A stretch of 32,000 nt of DNA from Nostoc sp. PCC 7120 = FACHB-418 (GTDB lineage Bacteria > Cyanobacteriota > Cyanobacteriia > Cyanobacteriales > Nostocaceae). Made by a program: the position numbers and the translations under genes. Below the pieces are notes generated by a model. That model was not told where the DNA came from, ran no database searches, and saw only the letters and a list, made by a program, of their open reading frames with translations. The DNA is taken from the NCBI RefSeq assembly GCF_000009705.1, contig NC_003272.1, positions 1,650,001 through 1,682,000 of the forward strand, read 5' to 3'. Positions 23,573 through 32,000 of this stretch are shown here, piece after piece. The stretch's first letter is position 1, and the number at the start of each line of letters is the position of its first letter.

Positions 23573-24139
23573 ATGGGTGACAAGTTTTTGACGTTATCAG
23601 AGTTTAATCTTGAGGGTAATTTTCTGGGTTTTGTAGGTAAGAAGCCGAGAAAAGTCAAATATTTAAGTTTGGCGATTCCCTCTGGTGATGTGTTAGTTAA
23701 ACTACCGAAAAAATTACGCGGTTGTTTGAGTTCATCCTTGGAAATAGGTGAACCAATTAATATTTATGGAACCTGTAAGTTAAATAGATATACAGGCATA
23801 ATTAAACTGAAAGCTTATCAAGTAATACCATTCACTTCTAACCCAGAGCAAAATTTACCAGCACCACCACCAGCTAAAATTATGGTGTGCCAAAAATCTG
23901 GTTGTGTGAAACGCGGTGGTGATGGGTTATTGTCGGAATTAGAAAAAACTTTGTGCGATCGCGGTTTACTCGACAAGGTGACAATAGAACACACTGGTTG
24001 TCAAAAACGCTGTAGCAGCGCCCCTAACTGTGTTCTCATGTTGGGTAAGAAAAAATACAAGAAAATTCATCCAGAGGCGATCGCTTCTCTGTTAGAAAAT
24101 TATTTAACTGGTGATCATCTCTGTCACGCAGAGGATTAG
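23573..24139 (+). CDS. Thioredoxin-like [2Fe-2S] ferredoxin-domain protein with an unknown N-terminal domain
   Basis: The C-terminal half KIMVCQKSGCVKRGG...EHTGCQKRCSSAPNCVLM has the C-x4-C...C-x3-C ligand spacing of thioredoxin-like 2Fe-2S ferredoxins. No family was recognised for the N-terminal ~90 aa. Confidence 0.8.
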   Translation: MGDKFLTLSEFNLEGNFLGFVGKKPRKVKYLSLAIPSGDVLVKLPKKLRGCLSSSLEIGEPINIYGTCKLNRYTGIIKLKAYQVIPFTSNPEQNLPAPPPAKIMVCQKSGCVKRGGDGLLSELEKTLCDRGLLDKVTIEHTGCQKRCSSAPNCVLMLGKKKYKKIHPEAIASLLENYLTGDHLCHAED

Positions 24140-24170
24140 TAGTCTACAACTGTTAACTATTGACCGTTGA

Positions 24171-24542
24171 CTACAAGCCTACCAATTCTCGTGATTCAAA
24201 ATCAGTGAGTTGTTGGGCAATTTTCAATCTGGCTTCTAGTTTAGCTACACTAAATTGGTTACGCAGATATTCTAAATGAGCGATCGCATTGGCTTTCTCT
24301 CCAGTTAGCTGCATCAGTGTGTCCATCGCCTTTTGATATTCCTGATTCACCAGGAGGACTTCAAAACGACGCGCCCGGCGTTGAGCATCATTTTTTAAAT
24401 CCATCTCAAAGGCGGCGACACGATCTGCGTTACCTTCAAAGCGGTTAATTTGTTGCTGTACAGCCATTAACTGTGAGTCTACTTCATTCACTCTTTGGGC
24501 GGCTTGAGCGATCGCCGATGGATAATGATTTAATTGCATCAT
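24171..24542 (-). CDS. Hypothetical coiled-coil protein (123 aa)
   Basis: The track start 24560 is TTG; the ATG at 24542 gives MMQLNHYPSAIAQAAQRVNEVDSQLMAVQQQINRFEGN... The sequence is helical and heptad-like throughout. No family recognised. Confidence 0.6.
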   Translation of the reverse strand: MMQLNHYPSAIAQAAQRVNEVDSQLMAVQQQINRFEGNADRVAAFEMDLKNDAQRRARRFEVLLVNQEYQKAMDTLMQLTGEKANAIAHLEYLRNQFSVAKLEARLKIAQQLTDFESRELVGL

Positions 24543-24575
24543 CAAAATAATCTTCCTCAAAAAATACTTTTCCCT

Positions 24576-24608
24576 AGATCCCCGACTTATTTCAGAAGTC
24601 GGGGATCT
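24576..24608. repeat. Hairpin of the same family (copy 3) between two co-oriented minus-strand genes
   Basis: AGATCCCCGACTT-ATTTCAG-AAGTCGGGGATCT: a perfect 13-bp stem with a 7-nt loop. Confidence 0.55.
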
Positions 24609-24623
24609 GTGCGCTGTCCTGTC

Positions 24624-24887
24624 CTAAGCCGCTTCTCTCATGGGTGCTGAAATATTCACCTCTGTAAAGGGTAGCGAGAGTTGTTCAGCTTGAGGTACCG
24701 CAGCTTCTTCTAAAACCTGAATTTCAATATTTACACTCACCAAATAACTACCTGTATCAGCACCAACTGCTTCGGCGATTAACTTGGCAAATTCTGGACG
24801 TTTCGCAGTCAGTGGATCACGTAAAATGCAACGATCCCATTCGTGCTTGGCAGTTGGATTTAAGTTAAGAATGTAGTGCTTGATCAT
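24624..24887 (-). CDS. Hypothetical protein (87 aa)
   Basis: The track start 24899 is GTG; the ATG at 24887 gives MIKHYILNLNPTAKHEWDRCILRDPLTAKRPEFAKLIAEAVGADTGSYLVSVNIEIQVLEE... No family recognised. It is preceded by a near-consensus promoter. Confidence 0.6.
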   Translation of the reverse strand: MIKHYILNLNPTAKHEWDRCILRDPLTAKRPEFAKLIAEAVGADTGSYLVSVNIEIQVLEEAAVPQAEQLSLPFTEVNISAPMREAA

Positions 24888-24923
24888 ATTACACTGCACT
24901 AGGCTTTTGGACGCTACATACCC

Positions 24924-24952
24924 ATTATAGTACTATTGTACTATAATGGCAA
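24924..24952 (-). promoter_or_regulatory. Near-consensus sigma-70-type promoter (TTGCCA, 17 nt, TATAAT) embedded in a perfect 12-4-12 palindrome
   Basis: The minus strand reads TTGCCA (complement of 24947-24952), a 17-nt spacer, then TATAAT (complement of 24924-24929). The palindrome CCATTATAGTAC-TATT-GTACTATAATGG spans 24922-24949, covering the spacer and the -10 box, about 35 nt upstream of ATG 24887. Confidence 0.6.
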
Positions 24953-25010
24953 ATTTCAGGGTTGGTGATTGGTAATTGATAGACAATTCTGCTTTATTCC
25001 CCATTCCCCA

Positions 25011-26621
25011 TTACCTAGCCTTACCATTCTCCTGAGGATGGGGTAGCTGATTTTCGTTCACCCAGATGGCTTGTTGAGGTACAGGGATAAAAATGCCGGC
25101 TTTGTCGAAGGCGATTTTGATCCGGCGGCGGTATTCTCTGGCTACATCCCATTGCTTGAGGGGTTGTGTTTTAATCCAGACACGAATAATTAAACCGCGA
25201 TCGCCAAAGTTATCGATCCCTAATACTTGCGGTGTTTCAATAATTTGTCTTTGCCAGAGGGGGTCTTGATCCATTTTTACGGCTACATCATTAATCAACT
25301 TTAAAGCTTGGTCAATATCTGCCTGATAGTCTACAGGAATGGTTAAATCGGCTCTTGACCAGCGACTAGAGAGATTGGCGACAATTTTAATTTCACTGTT
25401 GGGAATTGTAATTAAGCGTCCTTCAGAGTCGCGTACTTGAGTCATTCGCAGATTGAGATTTTCTACTAAGCCGCCAACATTGCCGACATTAATCACGTCA
25501 CCCAAAGCGTACTGGTCTTCTAGAATAATCAAAAAGCCATTAATCGCATCTTTAATTAAGTTCTGGGAAGCTAGGGACACAGCCACACCGACTAAACTTG
25601 CACCAGCTAGCAAAGGAACAATATCTATACCCAAGGCTACCAGCGCCAGCAAAATCCCAACTCCCACACAGACGATAGTGGCAATACTTTTAGTCACACC
25701 GGAAAATGTAGAAACACGCAGTTGCATACGTTCTGAGGCTTCAGGCGTTAGTAAAGCACCACTGCTGATGAGAGTGGTAGTAAAGCGGTCAATTAGCGCA
25801 TAGGTCAAACGAATGGCTACATAAGTTCCCGCACAGACCACAGCTAATCGTAAAGGAATTTGGGCTGCTGTGAAAATAGCTACTTGAAAGGTGCGGGTGT
25901 AGGGAAATAAACCCAAGATAATCAAATTTCCACTTCCCCAAATTCCCACCTGGGTGAACTGAAACAGCCTTCTTTTGACTTCTTGCAAATGTCGATGTTG
26001 CTGTTGATTTAACTGGGTTGTAATCTGTTTGGCGGCTGGTGGCGCGGAAACGTTAGATTGTAAACCATTCCTCAAAGAACGGCGTTGCCACTGTGTTGTA
26101 CCCCAACTGGCGATAATCATCGCCAAGGCGATCGCTCCTGCAATTTTCGCTTGGTCAATAATAAATTGAGTTTGTCGTTCTCGTCTGGCTCGTTGTAAGT
26201 CTTGCTTTAACGACTCTTTAATACTTTCGGCTAATGTGAACGGATCTCCCTCTCCCAAATTAGCATCCTGGGAAGTAATGGTCATTAAGTAGCGATTATT
26301 GACATAAATTACTGGTAATCCGTTGAGTGTGCGGACTTGGATATCTGCTTCTGTGGCAGATGAGCGCACATAATTTTGAGTGATTTCTTGCAAATTCTGC
26401 TCAATATTGTCTCTACGTTCTGCAAGATTGCTTTTGGTTGCTGCTATCTGAAATAAACGGCGACCATCCAAATACACCCAGTCGGATACAACTCTACTAT
26501 CTGACTCGTTGCTGATACTACTTGGTAGTTGTGGGAAAAATGGTATCTGGGCTGTAGCTTTTGGCACAGAGACAACGGTGATAGCCATTGACCCGGCGAT
26601 CGCCAAAATGTGAAATAGCAC
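25011..26621 (-). CDS. Mechanosensitive ion channel family protein (MscS-like) with a large N-terminal extension
   Basis: MscS core: LASQNLIKDAINGFLIILEDQYALGDVINVGNVGGLVENLNLRMTQVRDSEGRLITIPNSEI. N-terminal signal or TM segment. GTG start (26619-26621) lies 7 nt after AAGGAGG. Confidence 0.92.
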   Translation of the reverse strand: MLFHILAIAGSMAITVVSVPKATAQIPFFPQLPSSISNESDSRVVSDWVYLDGRRLFQIAATKSNLAERRDNIEQNLQEITQNYVRSSATEADIQVRTLNGLPVIYVNNRYLMTITSQDANLGEGDPFTLAESIKESLKQDLQRARRERQTQFIIDQAKIAGAIALAMIIASWGTTQWQRRSLRNGLQSNVSAPPAAKQITTQLNQQQHRHLQEVKRRLFQFTQVGIWGSGNLIILGLFPYTRTFQVAIFTAAQIPLRLAVVCAGTYVAIRLTYALIDRFTTTLISSGALLTPEASERMQLRVSTFSGVTKSIATIVCVGVGILLALVALGIDIVPLLAGASLVGVAVSLASQNLIKDAINGFLIILEDQYALGDVINVGNVGGLVENLNLRMTQVRDSEGRLITIPNSEIKIVANLSSRWSRADLTIPVDYQADIDQALKLINDVAVKMDQDPLWQRQIIETPQVLGIDNFGDRGLIIRVWIKTQPLKQWDVAREYRRRIKIAFDKAGIFIPVPQQAIWVNENQLPHPQENGKAR

Positions 26622-26994
26622 TCCAATACCTCCTTTAATTTGTAATTTTGAGCCGTTTCCTTAGCCATCCTCCACAATGAGCGTTAGTACTTGTACCTAT
26701 CTTAAAGTTGAGTTTCTGCTTTTTAGCGCCATAGAAAGGGGGATTTTTTTGTTATTTTTCTATCTTAAGATAGATGACAAATGAGTTCATCTACTCATAG
26801 GGGTAGTTAAATAAAGCATTGATAATACTTTTACCAAAAATAAAGTTAAAAGGGAAAAGCTGGACATAGCGTTGACATTAAGCCTGGTAAACGTCAAGCT
26901 AGTCCAGAGAACCATTGACTAGGTTTTTGGTAATTACCCCCAAAAATTATTAGTCGTGGAATAATTGAATAAAGTGCGTAAAGTATCTACGTAG

Positions 26995-28299
<1,305 letters not shown>

Positions 28300-28323
28300 T
28301 GTTAGTTAATTAAGTGATTTTTT

Positions 28324-28355
28324 GGGATAAGCAAAACTGCTTATCCCTTTTTTTA
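28324..28355 (+). terminator. Rho-independent terminator of ahcY
   Basis: GGGATAAGC-AAAACT-GCTTATCCC (9-bp stem) followed by a T-rich tract TTTTTTTA, 25 nt after the stop. Confidence 0.75.
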
Positions 28356-28379
28356 TTCCTTTTCTGTTAGAGACCATGT

Positions 28380-28425
28380 TCGCAACGCTAACGCGTAGCT
28401 TGCTTCCCCGTAGGGGTAAGGGTTC
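28380..28425. repeat. Small dispersed repeat (CGCGTAGC...CCCCGTAGGGG), related to the one inside the TPS gene
   Basis: The reverse complement of 28392-28416 is CCCCTACGGGGAAGCAAGCTACGCG; compare CCCTACGGGATGCTACGCG at 13079-13097. It contains the CCCC-GTA-GGGG hairpin. Confidence 0.45.
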
Positions 28426-28545
28426 TGCACAGGAGTACAAAATTAAAAATCAAGACAGGTCAAGAGTTTGGGGCTGTATATTTGTCGCATTCTTTTTTCA
28501 AATTGGTATCAATACAGTCCAGTGAAGCCTAAAAATATTACTGCT

Positions 28546-28620
28546 GTAGGTTGGATTGACGCAAGAAAACCCAACATCATCAATACTTTGTTGGGTTGCG
28601 CTATGCTTAACCAAACCTAC
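28546..28620. mobile_element. MITE-like nested palindromic element (GTAGGTTGG...CCAAACCTAC type)
   Basis: The terminal inverted repeats GTAGGTT/AACCTAC plus partial extension enclose an inner 9-bp stem AACCCAACA/TGTTGGGTT (28568-28576 / 28589-28597). The sequence class is familiar from Nostocales intergenic regions. It has no coding capacity. Confidence 0.5.
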
Positions 28621-28652
28621 CTTTTCCTTAACTGAATCCCTTAGGTTTGATC

Positions 28653-29384
28653 CTATCTTTCAGATATATGAATTTTTAGATTAATAGTTTCTTGCAAACT
28701 GCCTAAGTAAGTTAGCAACCCATAGATAAAAGTTACAATTCCTGTCATTTCCAGCAATTCCTCAATCACTATGCCAATTATGGTTATTGTCCCAAGCCGA
28801 CCAAAATATTCTCTTAAAAGCCCTCCTACCATTTCCATACCCAAGGTTCCGCTTATATAAAAAGTTGCGGCAAGGAGAAATAAATATTGAGTCTTCTTGG
28901 GTAAATTGAGGAAAAACTTAAAATATTTAAATATAAAAAATATAACGGCAGGTATTCCAAATATAACCCAGGTTTGAAAAAATATTGGGCTGAAATTGAA
29001 TGCTTCTCGTAGTGATGGGATAATTAATATTTCGTGGAAGCTGAATGCTTCATCTAGACTGAGAAAGAGAAATATTAAAGATAGATTTTTCCAATAAATA
29101 GAATACTTATCTATCTTTTTAATGGTAGCAATTACCGCTAACAATCCCGAAGAAAATAATAACATGAATGATGAATACCAAGCAGGAATATTTAACTCTT
29201 CATCGAGGCTAAAGAGTTTGTAAAACCATTTTGAGCTTGGAAATGGGAAATTGGAAACTAGAAAATAAGCACTAAGAGTGCCAGTTAGGGCAAGACATAA
29301 AATGATAATAATTAAACGTTGAGTAATCTGTTTAGCAGAGAAATCAATTGTTAAATCGACATCACGAGAAGATAGCTGTGGCAT
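28653..29384 (-). CDS. Multi-pass membrane protein, unknown family, markedly AT-rich gene
   Basis: ATG start. About 7 hydrophobic spans (LIIIILCLALTGTLSAYFLV, FMLLFSSGLLAVIATI, LSLIFLFLSL, VIFGIPAVIFFIF, YLFLLAATFYISG, ITIIGIVIEELLEMTGIVTFIYGLL). Spot-checked 60-nt lines have 23-27% G+C, versus about 43% in neighbouring ahcY. Confidence 0.65.
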   Translation of the reverse strand: MPQLSSRDVDLTIDFSAKQITQRLIIIILCLALTGTLSAYFLVSNFPFPSSKWFYKLFSLDEELNIPAWYSSFMLLFSSGLLAVIATIKKIDKYSIYWKNLSLIFLFLSLDEAFSFHEILIIPSLREAFNFSPIFFQTWVIFGIPAVIFFIFKYFKFFLNLPKKTQYLFLLAATFYISGTLGMEMVGGLLREYFGRLGTITIIGIVIEELLEMTGIVTFIYGLLTYLGSLQETINLKIHISER

Positions 29385-29611
29385 ATAAATCTTTTAGCGA
29401 TATTCTGAAAATTTACTAAAAATTTACACCAGAATAATTTTCTTAAATGAGGAATACTAACTCTATAAAGCAGCCTTCATTCTATTTTTCAGACTTGCTT
29501 TATTAAATTAAGATTCGTTGTAGTGATGCGATCGCATCGGATAATATGGCGTAAATACAGCCATGATCCCAAGGACAATTATTTACGCCGATTTACCAAA
29601 ATTTCTGGAGC

Positions 29612-30220
29612 CTAACTCGCAGCCAGCTTACCCCAACTCACATAAGGTAACTTAGCAGCTGTTACCCGCACTTGCTCGGTGTTCGCTACCAACTGACCGC
29701 AAGCATCCCAAGCCCCAGTAATAAAGGTGCTTCTGGTTCCTTCACCAATGGAGATTGGCGCAATGAAATCACCAACTTGTACTTGCAGAGTTTCTAAGTT
29801 GATGCTGACATTAGCTTGAGGATTAGCGGCTACTAACTCTTGCAGTTGTTTAACGATCGCCTCATCAGCCGTTACACAAGGCACACCAATGGCTACGCAA
29901 TTACCGAAGAAGATTTCTGCAAAGCTTTCACCAATAACGGCTTGAATCCCCCATTTAGAGAGGGCTTGCGGTGCGTGTTCCCGTGAGGAACCGCAGCCAA
30001 AGTTGCGGTTAACTATAAGGATATTCGCGTCTTGATACTGCGGTTGGTCAAAAGGATGCGCCCCTTTCAAGGCTGTGCGGTCATCAATAAACGCACCTTC
30101 ACGTAACCCATCAAAGGTAATGGCTTTGAGATAACGAGCCGGAATAATGCGATCGGTATCAATATCATTACCCACTAAAGGTATGGCACGCCCTGTAACT
30201 TCTCTAACTTCACTGACCAT
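29612..30220 (-). CDS. leuD: 3-isopropylmalate dehydratase small subunit
   Basis: [16 protein letters not shown]...[21 protein letters not shown]...[20 protein letters not shown] start; 202 aa. Confidence 0.95.
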
Positions 30221-30264
30221 GATTGTGATTTTTAACTAAGGGACTTCCAGATAAAAAAATAACG

Positions 30265-30393
30265 CCGTGTGCAACTTTCTCTCAAACCTAACCCCCAACC
30301 CCTTCCCTGCGAGGGAAGGGGAGCAAGATTCAAAGCCTCTCTCCGCTTCGGGGAGAGGTTTGGAGAGGGGTTTCAAAAATAAGTTGCACATCG
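30265..30393. mobile_element. MITE-like element with terminal inverted repeats and two internal hairpins, in the leuC-leuD spacer
   Basis: TIRs are TGTGCAACTT (30268-30277) and AAGTTGCACA (30381-30390). Internal hairpins are CCCCTTCCC-TGCGA-GGGAAGGGG (30299-30321) and CCTCTCTCC-GCTTC-GGGGAGAGG (30336-30358). Confidence 0.5.
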
Positions 30394-30411
30394 CGTAAAA
30401 TATTCAAAATG

Positions 30412-30474
30412 TAGGGTGCGTCAGTATGGACAATTTCTGAGTATAGTTAGGTTCTATGGCACTGACGCACCCTA
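30412..30474. repeat. Perfect 14-bp inverted repeat TAGGGTGCGTCAGT...ACTGACGCACCCTA
   Basis: Arms are at 30412-30425 and 30461-30474 with a 35-nt loop. This is the second palindromic element in the same spacer. Confidence 0.5.
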
Positions 30475-30556
30475 AGAAACTAAATAATTGCCTTTAAGTA
30501 AAGAGTGCTGAGTAATGAGTAAGGAGTAATGAGCTTTTTTCATCACCCCTACACCC

Positions 30557-31960
30557 CTACAACAACTCCCGCACGTCCGCAACTTCCCCCTGAATCGCCG
30601 CAGTGGCAACCATCGCCGGACTCATTAACAAAGTACGACCGGAAGCTGATCCTTGTCGTCCTTTAAAGTTGCGGTTGGAGGAAGAAGCGCTAATTTGTCT
30701 CCCTTCTAATTTGTCGGGGTTCATGGCCAAACACATAGAACATCCGGGTTCCCGCCATTCAAAGCCTGCGGCCTCAAAGATTTTATCTAAACCTTCAGCT
30801 TCGGCAGCTTTTTTCACTCGTTCGGAACCAGGAACCACAAAAGCCTTAACTCCTGCGGCCACACGGCGACCTTTGGCAATTTTTGCCGCTTCTTGCAGGT
30901 CGGTGAGTCGTCCGTTTGTGCAGCTACCGATAAAGCAAACATCAATTTTCGTTCCCTTAATCGGTTGACCAGGATATAGATCCATGTAACGGTATGCTTC
31001 TTCAGCTACAAAGCGGTCTTCTTCTAATAGTTCTTCTGGCTGAGGAATCAACTGATTGACACCAATACCCTGACCAGGGGTAATTCCCCAAGTAACGGTC
31101 GGGGGGATATCCGCAGCGTTGAATACTATCACATCATCGTATTCAGCATCAGCATCACTCTTGATCGATTCCCACCAAGTCACGGCTTTTTCCCAATCAG
31201 CACCTTGGGGGGCAAAGTCTCTACCTTGGAGATAATCGTAGGTAACTTGATCAGGATTGACATAACCGCATCTAGCACCACCCTCAATAGCCATATTGCA
31301 GACAGTCATCCGTTCTTCCATGTTCATTTGCTCAAAGGTCGTACCTGCGTATTCGTAGGCGTAACCTACACCACCTTTCACTCCCAGGGTACGGATGATA
31401 TGCAGGATGACATCTTTGGCATAAACCCCAGGGTTGAGTGCGCCGTTAACTTCAATTTTACGGACTTTGAGTTTAGACAGGGATAGGGTTTGGGAGGCGA
31501 GAACATCCCGCACTTGGCTAGTACCAATACCAAAAGCGATCGCCCCAAACGCCCCATGACTAGAAGTGTGGCTATCACCACAGGCGATGGTCATTCCCGG
31601 CTGTGTCAGTCCCAGTTCTGGCGCTATGACGTGGACTATACCTTGGTTACCGGAACCAATGTTATAAAAAGTAATGTTATTTTCTTGACAATTCTGCTCT
31701 AGCGCTTGGATCATTTCCTCAGCCAAGCGATCGACAAAGGGACGCGCCTGATTCTCTGTAGGTACAATGTGATCCACTGTAGCCACAGTCCTCTCAGGAA
31801 ATAGTACCTTTAAACCTCGTTCCCGTAACATAGCAAAGGCTTGTGGACTAGTGACTTCATGGACTAGGTGCAGTCCAATAAATAGCTGTGTTAGCCCTGA
31901 AGGAAGTGTACCAACAGTGTGTAAGTCCCAAACTTTATCAAACAGGGTGCCTTTGCTCAT
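30557..31960 (-). CDS. leuC: 3-isopropylmalate dehydratase large subunit
   Basis: [16 protein letters not shown]...[12 protein letters not shown]...[15 protein letters not shown]...[13 protein letters not shown]...[11 protein letters not shown] (aconitase-family Fe-S cluster ligand motifs). ATG start; 467 aa. Confidence 0.97.
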   Translation of the reverse strand: MSKGTLFDKVWDLHTVGTLPSGLTQLFIGLHLVHEVTSPQAFAMLRERGLKVLFPERTVATVDHIVPTENQARPFVDRLAEEMIQALEQNCQENNITFYNIGSGNQGIVHVIAPELGLTQPGMTIACGDSHTSSHGAFGAIAFGIGTSQVRDVLASQTLSLSKLKVRKIEVNGALNPGVYAKDVILHIIRTLGVKGGVGYAYEYAGTTFEQMNMEERMTVCNMAIEGGARCGYVNPDQVTYDYLQGRDFAPQGADWEKAVTWWESIKSDADAEYDDVIVFNAADIPPTVTWGITPGQGIGVNQLIPQPEELLEEDRFVAEEAYRYMDLYPGQPIKGTKIDVCFIGSCTNGRLTDLQEAAKIAKGRRVAAGVKAFVVPGSERVKKAAEAEGLDKIFEAAGFEWREPGCSMCLAMNPDKLEGRQISASSSNRNFKGRQGSASGRTLLMSPAMVATAAIQGEVADVRELL

Positions 31961-32000
31961 ACGTCTATCGTTAAATAACGAGTCAGAGTTTTTATAGTAT

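Noticed and set aside
25453-25803. 116-aa plus-strand ORF
   Set aside because: It lies antisense within the MscS-family gene and has no motifs.
30603-31702. Plus- and minus-strand ORFs (67-121 aa) inside leuC
   Set aside because: All are nested in the 467-aa leuC frame, which carries unambiguous aconitase-family motifs.

Overview
This is a chromosomal segment of a filamentous, heterocyst-forming cyanobacterium (Nostoc/Anabaena type). The evidence is about 30 HIP1 octamers (GCGATCGC, counted by eye, roughly one per kb), heptamer tandem repeats, palindromic MITE-like intergenic elements, and a block of cysE, two small cyanobacteria-specific genes and nifV-nifZ-nifT. Housekeeping genes (gatB, cysE, ahcY, leuD, leuC, an MscS channel) are interleaved with five accessory blocks. 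(i) A partial Cache-type sensor kinase lies divergent from a polytopic vWA protein that ends in a PEP-CTERM sorting signal. (ii) An MmyB-type regulator/DUF2834 pair sits near an orphan double-glycine-leader bacteriocin-like peptide. (iii) A 1280-aa TPS-domain beta-helix exoprotein is followed by a secreted TPR-CHAT caspase-like protease, and the spacer between them consists almost entirely of tandem repeats. (iv) A decayed type I R-M hsdS relic has its 3' tail present three times. These tails bracket a toxin-antitoxin pair (the toxin has an in-frame TAA at codon 8) and a Uma2 nuclease. (v) A 582-aa RTX-type Ca-binding repeat protein carries two near-identical internal tandem duplications. I recognised no rRNA, tRNA, CRISPR array, transposase or integrase. 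The items most worth follow-up are the TPS/TPR-CHAT pair without a TpsB, the hsdS-tail-bracketed cassette array, the PEP-CTERM polytopic vWA protein, and a two-gene unknown operon driven by a near-consensus promoter embedded in a perfect palindrome. All family assignments rest on motif recognition by eye. No database search or structure prediction was run.
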